Shown here in pieces: positions 36,404 to 43,978 of a DNA stretch of 64,000 bases. Positions within the stretch are counted from its first letter, which is position 1; every line of letters begins with the position of its first letter. The stretch covers positions 1,342 through 65,341 of the forward strand of contig CAOKAE010000004.1 in assembly GCA_948466335.1 (NCBI GenBank), given 5' to 3'. Made by a program: the position numbers and the translations under genes. This DNA is from an uncultured Coriobacteriia bacterium (GTDB lineage Bacteria > Actinomycetota > Coriobacteriia > Coriobacteriales > QAMH01). The notes beneath the pieces were generated by a model. It saw nothing but the letters and a program-made list of their open reading frames with translations, had not been told where the DNA came from and did no database searches.

Positions 36404-37777
36404 CTATGCCGCATCTTCCTCGGAAGGACGCTTGCGGTTGCGCCAGGCAATGATGGCGAACACGACAGCCGCCACAAGTGCCACGCCCGCGAGCACGCTC
36501 ACGACGATGAAGGTGGCGTCACCGGTCTTGGCCACGGTCTTGCCGTCCTCAATGCCGGTACGGTAGGCATTGATCGTTGCCTCGGCATCGGCCTTGGGAA
36601 CGGGATTGTCGAGCATCTCGTCGGTAATCTCGACGGTCGTGTCCCCGTCGGCGTTCTCGTCGCCACTGCCGACGAAGTCCTCGACGAGCACATTATCGGG
36701 GAGGTTCGTAATCTGGTCGTCGTAGTTGGTGCCATCGGGCACCTCGACCGCATCGGGCAACGTCGTGACCTGGTCGTCGAAGTTGAAAATGCCGTCCGGA
36801 ATCTCCACCGAATCAGGCAACGTGGCGATGATGTCGTTGTAGTCGAAGATATTGTCCGGAATCTCCACCGAATCGGGCAGCGTCGTGATGAGATCGTCGT
36901 AGTTGAAGATACCGTCAGGTATCTCGAGGTCATCGGGCAACGTGGTGATATCGGGGGTGTACAGCACGTTGATCACGTTGTTGTCCGGATCGGTTCCCAA
37001 CCTGATTTCGGCGGGATACGTGTCGATCACGTACATGTCGTTGAGCTTGTACTCGTAGGCATCGCCCTTGATGAGCTTGTCAAAGCGCTGGTTGGTGAAG
37101 ACCTCCGAACCCATCTTGGTGAAGGTGACGTCGTCGGTCGCAAGCGCATCGGCCCAGGTGCCGGCAGTCAGGTCCGCGCCCGTCATGACATAGTAGTTGA
37201 CGGTGTACTCGGAGTTCCACAGGCGCATGTAGTTGAGTGTGAAGACGTTCTGGCTCGGGTCCTTGGATACGGTCATCTTGTTGGGCCAGCCGTCCCAGAA
37301 GAAGTAGCCGGGAATGTTGACGACGTAATCCCACGCGCTAACGGTCTGGCCCTCGTGAAAGCCCGAGAGCGTGCGCGTGCCCATGAGGCGCGTGCGGTTC
37401 TCGTCGTAGTCTACGTCCGGGTCCTCGTAGTTGACGATCTCGTAGTAGTTGAGCGTGATGGTGCAGTCATCCGCGGGCTCCGTCACCGCCGCGGCGGCCC
37501 CATCGTCTTGGGGCTGCGCGTCCTGGCCCTGCGTCGTGTCCGTGACGGCGGGCTCGGGCACCGGCACGGTGACCTCCTCGCCCTGCGTGGTCACGAAGGT
37601 CTGGGTGGGGCCTTCCGCGAACGCCATGAAGGCCGCGCTCGTGCTCAGGACAAGCGCCGCGCAAAGAAGAATGACCGCCATTATGGCCGAAATCCTGGCG
37701 AGCCGTGGCCTGTCCAAAGGCAACGCAGACACGTTTGGCCGGTTGTGGATTAATGGGGGTTCCTGTACGCGATTCAT
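36404..37777 (-). CDS. Cell-wall-anchored protein with two MucBP-like domains and 20-aa Asp-rich repeats
   Basis: Signal peptide; two (T/Y)xxNYY..MG domains; (DDxITTLPDxVEIPDGIFNY)n; AKTGD followed by a TM helix and RNRKR; SD GGAGG. Confidence 0.85.
   Translation of the reverse strand: MNRVQEPPLIHNRPNVSALPLDRPRLARISAIMAVILLCAALVLSTSAAFMAFAEGPTQTFVTTQGEEVTVPVPEPAVTDTTQGQDAQPQDDGAAAAVTEPADDCTITLNYYEIVNYEDPDVDYDENRTRLMGTRTLSGFHEGQTVSAWDYVVNIPGYFFWDGWPNKMTVSKDPSQNVFTLNYMRLWNSEYTVNYYVMTGADLTAGTWADALATDDVTFTKMGSEVFTNQRFDKLIKGDAYEYKLNDMYVIDTYPAEIRLGTDPDNNVINVLYTPDITTLPDDLEIPDGIFNYDDLITTLPDSVEIPDNIFDYNDIIATLPDSVEIPDGIFNFDDQVTTLPDAVEVPDGTNYDDQITNLPDNVLVEDFVGSGDENADGDTTVEITDEMLDNPVPKADAEATINAYRTGIEDGKTVAKTGDATFIVVSVLAGVALVAAVVFAIIAWRNRKRPSEEDAA
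36695..36955 (-). repeat. Intragenic 60-bp tandem repeat, about 4.5 units
   Basis: The segment CCGGAATCTCCACCGAATC recurs 60 bp apart (near 36797 and 36857). Confidence 0.9.
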
Positions 37778-38005
37778 GGTGACCGCCTCCTTGCAAGTCC
37801 ATGCGGACGTTCAATTCAAGGGCTCTGCGCCACCATCACAAACACCCGGCGGCGCCGGTTTTGCTCTAGGTACCATAGTAGAAGCCTCATTTATGCATGG
37901 CAAGATATAATCTTTGAGATAAAGCGTTTCCACGGAACGAACCACCACGTTCGCGTAACTTGGGTCTGGGAAAAACTCGTGCTTGGCGTATAATTTAAAG
38001 TTAAT

Positions 38006-38080
38006 GCGGGCGTCGCCAAGTGGTAAGGCCCTGGCTTCCCAAGCCAGTATTCGCGGGTTCGAGTCCCGTCGCCCGCTCCA
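38006..38080 (+). tRNA. tRNA-Gly (anticodon CCC)
   Basis: Acceptor stem GCGGGCG/CGCCCGC, anticodon arm CTGGC-TTCCCAA-GCCAG, GGTTCGAGTCCC T arm, encoded CCA; TATAAT upstream. Confidence 0.97.
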
Positions 38081-38089
38081 GAAAAGCAC

Positions 38090-38122
38090 ACGGCCCCACT
38101 CGAATGAGCGGGGCCGTTTTCT
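38090..38122 (+). terminator. tRNA terminator
   Basis: ACGGCCCC..GGGGCCGT stem followed by TTTCT. Confidence 0.7.
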
Positions 38123-38132
38123 ATGCAATCTT

Positions 38133-38307
38133 CTACGCCTCTTCCACCAAAGCATTCTGCGGCTTGCGCCTGAAGGTGACGAACAAGATGCTCAGGCCGA
38201 TGACGAGCGTGAGCACTGGGCCATCCGACCGCGATGAGGTCCTTGAAAAGATGCGCGAGATAGCCGAGAAGGTCCTGTTCAGAGGCCATGTCAAAGAGTT
38301 TTGACAT
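38133..38307 (-). pseudogene. Possible frameshifted membrane-protein remnant
   Basis: MSKLFDMASEQDLLGYLAHLFKDLIAVGW joins PVLTLVIGLSILFVTFRRKPQNALVEEA* if one base is removed at GGG 38218-38220; both halves have high GC3. Confidence 0.4.
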
Positions 38308-38418
38308 GCTTGTTTGTGGCCAAATGGGCTCCCTCCCGCAAACACCGTGCTACGATGGCGCCGCTCCGCCGATATACAGCTTCGTATTCACACGCCAGCT
38401 GGAAGAGAAAGGACCCAC

Positions 38419-38583
38419 ATGCTCTCAATGAACGCCGTCGCCATTCTGATGCTTCTCCTCGCAGTGGCATGCGTCATGCAATGCGCCGCCATCGTGCACA
38501 TCGTCGTCAAGTCCGATCGTCGCTTCAAGGACCTGGAAAGGCGCCTGGCGCAACGGGGCGTCGAGAGTGTGCCCGATCTGTAG
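38419..38583 (+). CDS. Small single-pass membrane protein (54 aa)
   Basis: SD GAAAGGA; hydrophobic stretch of about 25 aa followed by a charged tail. Confidence 0.6.
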   Translation: MLSMNAVAILMLLLAVACVMQCAAIVHIVVKSDRRFKDLERRLAQRGVESVPDL

Positions 38584-38613
38584 GACGTAGCTTTGGATGG
38601 GGCCCGTCTCCGC

Positions 38614-39279
38614 CTACCCCTCTGCCAGCATCACGTTCTGTGACCAGGCGAGCAGCCTTTCCGCAAGCTCACGCGGCTCGAATGCCTGCGGATCGTCGTA
38701 GGCATCGAGGAATACCCACTCGTCTTCGCTCGCAAGCTGCCTCGTGGCAGCGCGGCTCGGCGGATACTCGCCGGTCCGGGCAAAGCGCAGCGCGCGCATG
38801 ACGAAGAAGGCGGATTTCACGCACGCATCCACGATGGCCTGCAGCGAGCTCTCGTTGAAGACGAGCTCGTGACTCACGGCGTGGTATATCTCCGACGCGC
38901 CGACCTTGGCAGATAGCAGCGCATTCTGCGCGGTGAAGCCCGTGTCCATGAAGTCGAAGGCACCGAAGAGGACACGCGTATCCTCCACGAGATTGAAGAT
39001 GTCGTGACGCGGCCACACCGCAAGAAGCTCCGGTGAGCTGATGAACCCGCAGGCAAGATCGCCGTGGGGCATCTTGGCGATGAGCTCGCGGTATGCCGCA
39101 AGGTCGTCGGCGTTCAGGCCCTCCACGATCACGACGGCATCGATGTCGCTTCCCTCACGCGCCTCGCCACGGGCGCGGCTTCCCTGCAGGCCGACGAGCT
39201 TCAGACGCTCGCCAAAGGCGCCCTGTAGCTTGCTGACAAGCTCGCCAACCCAAGCATCGATATTGATTTCCTCTTTCAT
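38614..39279 (-). CDS. Nucleotidyltransferase (Pol beta/MNT fold) domain protein
   Basis: GSRARGEAREGSDID (GS..DxD) plus a helical C-terminal domain. Confidence 0.85.
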   Translation of the reverse strand: MKEEINIDAWVGELVSKLQGAFGERLKLVGLQGSRARGEAREGSDIDAVVIVEGLNADDLAAYRELIAKMPHGDLACGFISSPELLAVWPRHDIFNLVEDTRVLFGAFDFMDTGFTAQNALLSAKVGASEIYHAVSHELVFNESSLQAIVDACVKSAFFVMRALRFARTGEYPPSRAATRQLASEDEWVFLDAYDDPQAFEPRELAERLLAWSQNVMLAEG

Positions 39280-39403
39280 GATTGCTCCTTCAATGGATGG
39301 CCCTGGCTCGTCGGCTGCGTAGGTGGGGTGCTGCATGATAGCACTTGTCGGTTGTTCTCGGGCGTATACTATTCGCAACATACATCTCGAGAAGGGAGTC
39401 GCC

Positions 39404-39814
39404 ATGGCAGCCATGACCCAGGAAGCGCGAGAACTGTTCGAGACCGCCGAGAACATGGTGCTGTGCACCGCGTCGGCTGACGGAGCACCCAACGGCGCCG
39501 CCATCGGCATGAAGACCGTCATAGACGAGGAAACCGTCTACATCTCCGACCAGTTCTTCAGGAAGACGCTCGAGAACCTGAAAGAGAACCAGAAGGTCGC
39601 CGTCGCGTTCTGGACCGGCCACGACGCCTACCAGATTCACGGCACCGCCCGCTACGTGAACGAGGGCGACGAGTTCGCCGCGCAAAAGGAGATGGTGGAT
39701 GCGAAGTTCGCGTCCATGGGCCTGCCCATCAAGGCCAAGGGCGGCTGCTTCATCCACGTCGAGGCGGTCTACCAGATGGCCGCCGGCCCCACCGCCGGAG
39801 AGCAACTGGCGTAA
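39404..39814 (+). CDS. Pyridoxamine 5'-phosphate oxidase-like FMN-binding protein
   Basis: LCTASADGAPN, KTLENLKENQKVAV, YQIHG, PGPTAG-like C-terminus. Confidence 0.88.
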   Translation: MAAMTQEARELFETAENMVLCTASADGAPNGAAIGMKTVIDEETVYISDQFFRKTLENLKENQKVAVAFWTGHDAYQIHGTARYVNEGDEFAAQKEMVDAKFASMGLPIKAKGGCFIHVEAVYQMAAGPTAGEQLA

Positions 39815-39820
39815 GAGCCC

Positions 39821-40372
39821 TTAATCATCCAGCAGCGGGTTGTGCTTCATGCGCAACCCGCGATCAAGCCCGGCAAGGATACCCGCCACGCCGAGGAAAA
39901 CGTCCAGCCATCCAGGAAGGCCGAACGTTGGCACCGACCAGCCTGTCAGGTGACCGATGCCGTTTAGCAGGTTCGGCACCTGCGTCACCAGGGCTATCGC
40001 GAGGACGATCCACGCGGCAGCCGCCAAGAGCGCGCTCGCCACGGGATGCGTCCGCCCAAAAGAGAGCCTGTGATCTTCCGCCGTGCCAGGCAGAGGCACA
40101 AGCGGCTGCGCTTTCTGCCCATGAGGCATGAGCTTCGCGACCTTCATGCCATAGAGAGCCATGGCCGCCTTGATGGTCGCACCTTCGATGTCAAAAGAAG
40201 CCGGGGAGCTCTTTTCCTCTACGAGACACCCATCACGATAGAGGCGCACCTTTTCCCTGATATCGAAGAAGTCGACCTCGATAACGTACCGCGCGTCGTC
40301 GTAATCGATTCCGTACAGTCCTCGCCAGAACATATCGGAAAACCTAAAGGGGCGTAGCATTTCCCGTTTCAT
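39821..40372 (-). CDS. Hypothetical membrane protein
   Basis: 183 aa with two C-terminal TM helices; divergent from a TetR gene. Confidence 0.8.
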   Translation of the reverse strand: MKREMLRPFRFSDMFWRGLYGIDYDDARYVIEVDFFDIREKVRLYRDGCLVEEKSSPASFDIEGATIKAAMALYGMKVAKLMPHGQKAQPLVPLPGTAEDHRLSFGRTHPVASALLAAAAWIVLAIALVTQVPNLLNGIGHLTGWSVPTFGLPGWLDVFLGVAGILAGLDRGLRMKHNPLLDD

Positions 40373-40384
40373 CGTTTTTCCTTT

Positions 40385-40416
40385 TTATTACATTTGTATT
40401 TTATTACATGTGTATT
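40385..40416. promoter_or_regulatory. Tandem candidate TetR operators
   Basis: TTATTACATTTGTATT followed directly by TTATTACATGTGTATT; each contains a TACA-N2-TGTA dyad. Confidence 0.65.
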
Positions 40417-40436
40417 ATAACCAATAGAAGGAGCGA

Positions 40437-41051
40437 ATGGAAATGCCGAAAGTAATTGACGAAGAGAAGCGACGTGAGCGCATCGCGGAGGCGGTGTGGA
40501 ACATTGCCGCCGAACAGGGGCTCGATCACGCCACGATACGCGCAGTCGCTGCCGAGTGCGACCTCTCGGTCGGCTCGATACAGCATTCGTTCCGCACGCA
40601 GGAAGAGCTCAAGTGCTTTGCCATGGAGCTCGTCGTGCAGCGCGTGATTACGCGCCTCAATGCTCCCAGGGAGCTGCCAAATCACGAAAGCGATAAAACA
40701 ATTGCCATTGCAGAGCTCCTGATGGAAACGCTGCCCTTGGACGCCGAGCGCGAAAAGGAAGCACGCATTTGGGCCTCCTTCTCAACGGCTGCGCTCACGG
40801 ACGAAAAGCTCGGCGCTTACAGCCGGCAAATGAACGACGCACTCGAACGGTTCTGCTTGGAATGCATGCGAGAACTGAATGCTCCGAAGGCTTCCGAAGA
40901 AGATTCTGACATTAGACTCGAGGCCACACACCTGCATTGTCTGCTCGACGGACTCACGCTCGCGCTATTGATTGACCCGTCAACAAAACGCCGGCAAGAA
41001 GTCGAACGCATCGTACGCGATTTCATAGAGCAATGTGCCAGAGGAGTCTAA
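40437..41051 (+). CDS. TetR family regulator (BetI-type C-terminus)
   Basis: GLDHATIRAVAAECDLSVGSIQHSF HTH; LHCLLDGL. Confidence 0.92.
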   Translation: MEMPKVIDEEKRRERIAEAVWNIAAEQGLDHATIRAVAAECDLSVGSIQHSFRTQEELKCFAMELVVQRVITRLNAPRELPNHESDKTIAIAELLMETLPLDAEREKEARIWASFSTAALTDEKLGAYSRQMNDALERFCLECMRELNAPKASEEDSDIRLEATHLHCLLDGLTLALLIDPSTKRRQEVERIVRDFIEQCARGV

Positions 41052-41271
41052 CCCTCTAGCAGGCCGCTTCATGGCAGCGCAACACCAGCATGACCTGCAG
41101 GTAGCAATCCATGAGAACGAGCCCTTCATCGTCGGAGGCAGCCTCCGCGGCGTTTTGACAGGATTCGCGCACTTATAATGAGAGAGCTCCGGCCGGCGAC
41201 ATGTTGCACCACATGGTTACGCAGCCTTGTTTCCGGCTTTGTTTTTGCCTCGAGCTTTGAAAGTAGGTTCT

Positions 41272-42324
41272 ATGGCCGCGCGATTCGCAAACGATTCGTC
41301 CACGAGCGCCCGCACGCGGGGCCTTTGCAGCGCCTTGCTCGCACTTGCGCTCATCGCCAGCCTTTACCTCATCGACGTCTTGGTGCTTCAAAACGTCCCC
41401 GAGAACGCCTATGTCTATGCGGCGAACTACGCCCTTCCCTTCGACCTCATGGTGGGCGTGCCGTTAATCGTCTATCTGCTTATCATCAGAAGAAAGAAGC
41501 TCACGCCTTTGCTGGTGCTGCCCATGATGTGGGCAGGCGGCGCAGCTTCTGCCCTCCTTGCCGTCCCCGGCCAGCTCTCCCTGGTTCCCGTGTTTGCGGC
41601 GGGATGCGCGGTGGTGGAAATCACCATCGCGGTGCGCGAAATTCGTCGCATGATTGCCGGCTATCGTGCCGCCCGAGCAGATGGATTGGGAGTGCACGCC
41701 TGCTTCACCGCGGCCTTTTGCGTGCTCATGAAAAACGAATCTGCCGCACGCATTGCCGCGCTCGAGCTCACCATGTGGCGCTACGTTCTGTTTTCCTGGC
41801 GCGACCAGCCCGATGTGCCAGAGGGGTATCAGCCGTTCTCCTACCACCGCAAGAGCAGTTACGCGGCTGTGGTCGGCATGGTGCTTGGTGCGGTAGCGAT
41901 AGAGACGGTGGCGATGCACCTGCTGCTCATGAAGGTTAACCTGCTCCTGGCCTGCGTGTTCACCGTGCTGTCCCTCTACACGGCCGTGTGGATCTTGGGC
42001 GATATGCGCGGCGTGATGCTGAATCCCATTCTGGTGGGCAAGGAGCATTTGGTGGTTCGTTGGGGAATTTTCCGCTCGATCTCCGTCCCGGCTGCGATGG
42101 TGAGCGGCGTGACGCGCAATGAACCCGATGTGCCGAAGAGCCTGAAGCTGAATCTCGGCGTAATGGGAATGCCCTCGTGCTGGGTCGTGCTGGAAGAGCC
42201 GTTGGAAACGACCACCGTGTTCGGACGGCGCCGGCTTTACCAAGCGTTCGGCCTTTCGCCCGATGACGAATCGGGTCTGAGAGCCGCTATTGAGAGCGAA
42301 AAGGACGCTTTGGCGCAGAAGTAG
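41272..42324 (+). CDS. Hypothetical multi-pass membrane protein
   Basis: About 7 TM segments plus a soluble beta-rich C-terminus; 350 aa. Confidence 0.8.
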   Translation: MAARFANDSSTSARTRGLCSALLALALIASLYLIDVLVLQNVPENAYVYAANYALPFDLMVGVPLIVYLLIIRRKKLTPLLVLPMMWAGGAASALLAVPGQLSLVPVFAAGCAVVEITIAVREIRRMIAGYRAARADGLGVHACFTAAFCVLMKNESAARIAALELTMWRYVLFSWRDQPDVPEGYQPFSYHRKSSYAAVVGMVLGAVAIETVAMHLLLMKVNLLLACVFTVLSLYTAVWILGDMRGVMLNPILVGKEHLVVRWGIFRSISVPAAMVSGVTRNEPDVPKSLKLNLGVMGMPSCWVVLEEPLETTTVFGRRRLYQAFGLSPDDESGLRAAIESEKDALAQK

Positions 42325-42449
42325 GACGGGATAGCGGCATATTGGCCGCCGGTCCCACCGCCAGAGAGCAACTGGCGTAGACGCCTCGATATATGCAGAA
42401 GCGTTAATTGGATTCGCCCCACAACGGGGCGCATTGCTGTTTATCGTTT

Positions 42450-42962
42450 CTAGAACCCGCCGCGGATGACGATTTCGTCGAGGCTGTGGCGCCTCTCGTG
42501 CATCGGGCCGGGGACCGCCTCTGCATGCCCGAGCATCAGGAACTGATACGTGACGAGGTTGTCCGGCAGGTTGAACACCTCGCGCGCCACAGCCGGCTGA
42601 TACGCGCCGACGATGCACGAGGCGATGCCGATGCTCTCGGCCTCGAGCGCCATCTGCATGATGGCAAGCCCGCAATCAATCCAGCCGTAGTCGGGTGTGA
42701 CATCCGGATTCTTGGCAGACTCATCCTTGTCGAAGCACACGAGGATTGCCGTTTGCGCACCGTAGCGGCACTTGCTGCACTCATCCACCTTGGCGAGCTC
42801 GTCTACGCTTTGCAACACGATGAAACGCCACGGCTGGTTATTGCATGCCGACGGAGCGATGCGGCCCGCTTCCAGGATGGCATGCAGCTCGTCATCTGTG
42901 AGCTGCTCGTCCGTGAACTTGCGGCACGAGTAGCGATCCTTCATCACCTGCATGATATCCAT
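42450..42962 (-). CDS. Nitroreductase family protein
   Basis: RYSCRKF, APSACNNQPWRF, GIASCIVG. Confidence 0.93.
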   Translation of the reverse strand: MDIMQVMKDRYSCRKFTDEQLTDDELHAILEAGRIAPSACNNQPWRFIVLQSVDELAKVDECSKCRYGAQTAILVCFDKDESAKNPDVTPDYGWIDCGLAIMQMALEAESIGIASCIVGAYQPAVAREVFNLPDNLVTYQFLMLGHAEAVPGPMHERRHSLDEIVIRGGF

Positions 42963-43063
42963 GGCAGCCTCGATTCCATCGATTTATATTCTGCTCCCAG
43001 TATAGACTCTGGAACCGCGATTGCGCGTGGTGGGGGCACATTTACACATGCCCCCACGTGCGC

Positions 43064-43822
43064 CTACGCATGCGCGGCATGCACTGCTTGCACCAGAAGC
43101 TCCGTCGCGCCTTCACCAGCAGCCGAATCGTAGTACTTCACAAAACGCGGGTCTTTCAAGTAGCCATCGACCAAGCCGAGGTATGCCTCGGGCTCATAGC
43201 CCGCACCCCAATGGATACTAATCCAGCGCTCGTGCATGTGGGCGAGCTCACGGGCCTCTTCGCCTTCGGAATTGCCCGTGGCCATGGCGAGGCGCAATTG
43301 CACCTTGATGGCCTCCTCCAGAAGCTCCTTCGCGTCCCATTCGTCCTTGGTGAGATCCATCATGCGCGCATTGGACGCGTCGATGGCATCGTCGCCGTAG
43401 AGTTCGCGCGCCTCGGCACCATAGGTGCTCTCGAAATCGCGCAGTCCCTGTTCCTTCATCATCTCGAAGCTGTCTTTCGTAGACATGTCTTCCATCCTTT
43501 CGATAGTTGCCAGCGCGGCCTTCGTCATGGTGATGGCCGCGCTCAAGGAGTCTCCCCGCTTTTCGAGGGAGTGAAGATGCGCGAGAAGAGCCGTGGCGAG
43601 GTCTGCGTCCGGATCGCAGACGAGCCTACGGATGATGGGAAGCGGCAGATGGCATGCACGCAGCGCCAGAATCTGCGCGAGGCGACGAGCATCAGCTTCG
43701 CCGTAGATGCGATAACCCGCATCGGTACGCTGCGGCGCGAGCAAGCCCTGCTCCTCGTAGTACCGGAGCGTGCGTGGACTCACGCCTGCTTCACGGGCCG
43801 TCTGGCCAATCGTCAGTTGCAT
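43064..43822 (-). CDS. MerR family regulator with TipAS-like effector domain
   Basis: LTIGQTAREAGVSPRTLRYYEEQGLL; C-terminal HERWI..YLKDPRFVKYYD. Confidence 0.92.
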   Translation of the reverse strand: MQLTIGQTAREAGVSPRTLRYYEEQGLLAPQRTDAGYRIYGEADARRLAQILALRACHLPLPIIRRLVCDPDADLATALLAHLHSLEKRGDSLSAAITMTKAALATIERMEDMSTKDSFEMMKEQGLRDFESTYGAEARELYGDDAIDASNARMMDLTKDEWDAKELLEEAIKVQLRLAMATGNSEGEEARELAHMHERWISIHWGAGYEPEAYLGLVDGYLKDPRFVKYYDSAAGEGATELLVQAVHAAHA

Positions 43823-43851
43823 GCCGCCTCCTTCGCGTATCTTCGAGATGC

Positions 43852-43882
43852 ATCGTGCGCCTTGACGCAACGTGAAGGTCAA
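43852..43882 (-). promoter_or_regulatory. MerR-type promoter/operator
   Basis: -35 TTGACC, 19-bp spacer, -10 CACGAT; dyad CTTGAC-N11-GTCAAG spans the spacer. Confidence 0.75.
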
Positions 43883-43978
43883 GGGGTAATTTAGCGCATT
43901 CCTTCGTCATGACGAATCGCTAGAATTGAAGTTGCTCAAGATACGCATCATCCCAAGGCAAGAGGAGCTGGAGCGGTT

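Noticed and set aside
37790-37875. c-di-GMP-I (GEMM)-like riboswitch upstream of the surface protein (GCAAAACCGGC..GCCGG..GGCGCAGAGCC on the minus strand)
   Set aside because: It lacks the GNRA tetraloop and has an insertion where the consensus is tight; an Infernal search would be needed.
41057-41173. 38-codon minus-strand ORF VRESCQNAAEAASDDEGLVLMDCYLQVMLVLRCHEAAC
   Set aside because: No SD and no recognisable homology; it could be a remnant but I cannot support it.
41155-41179. Perfect TTGACA and TATAAT hexamers
   Set aside because: The spacer is only 13 bp, too short for a single sigma70-type promoter.
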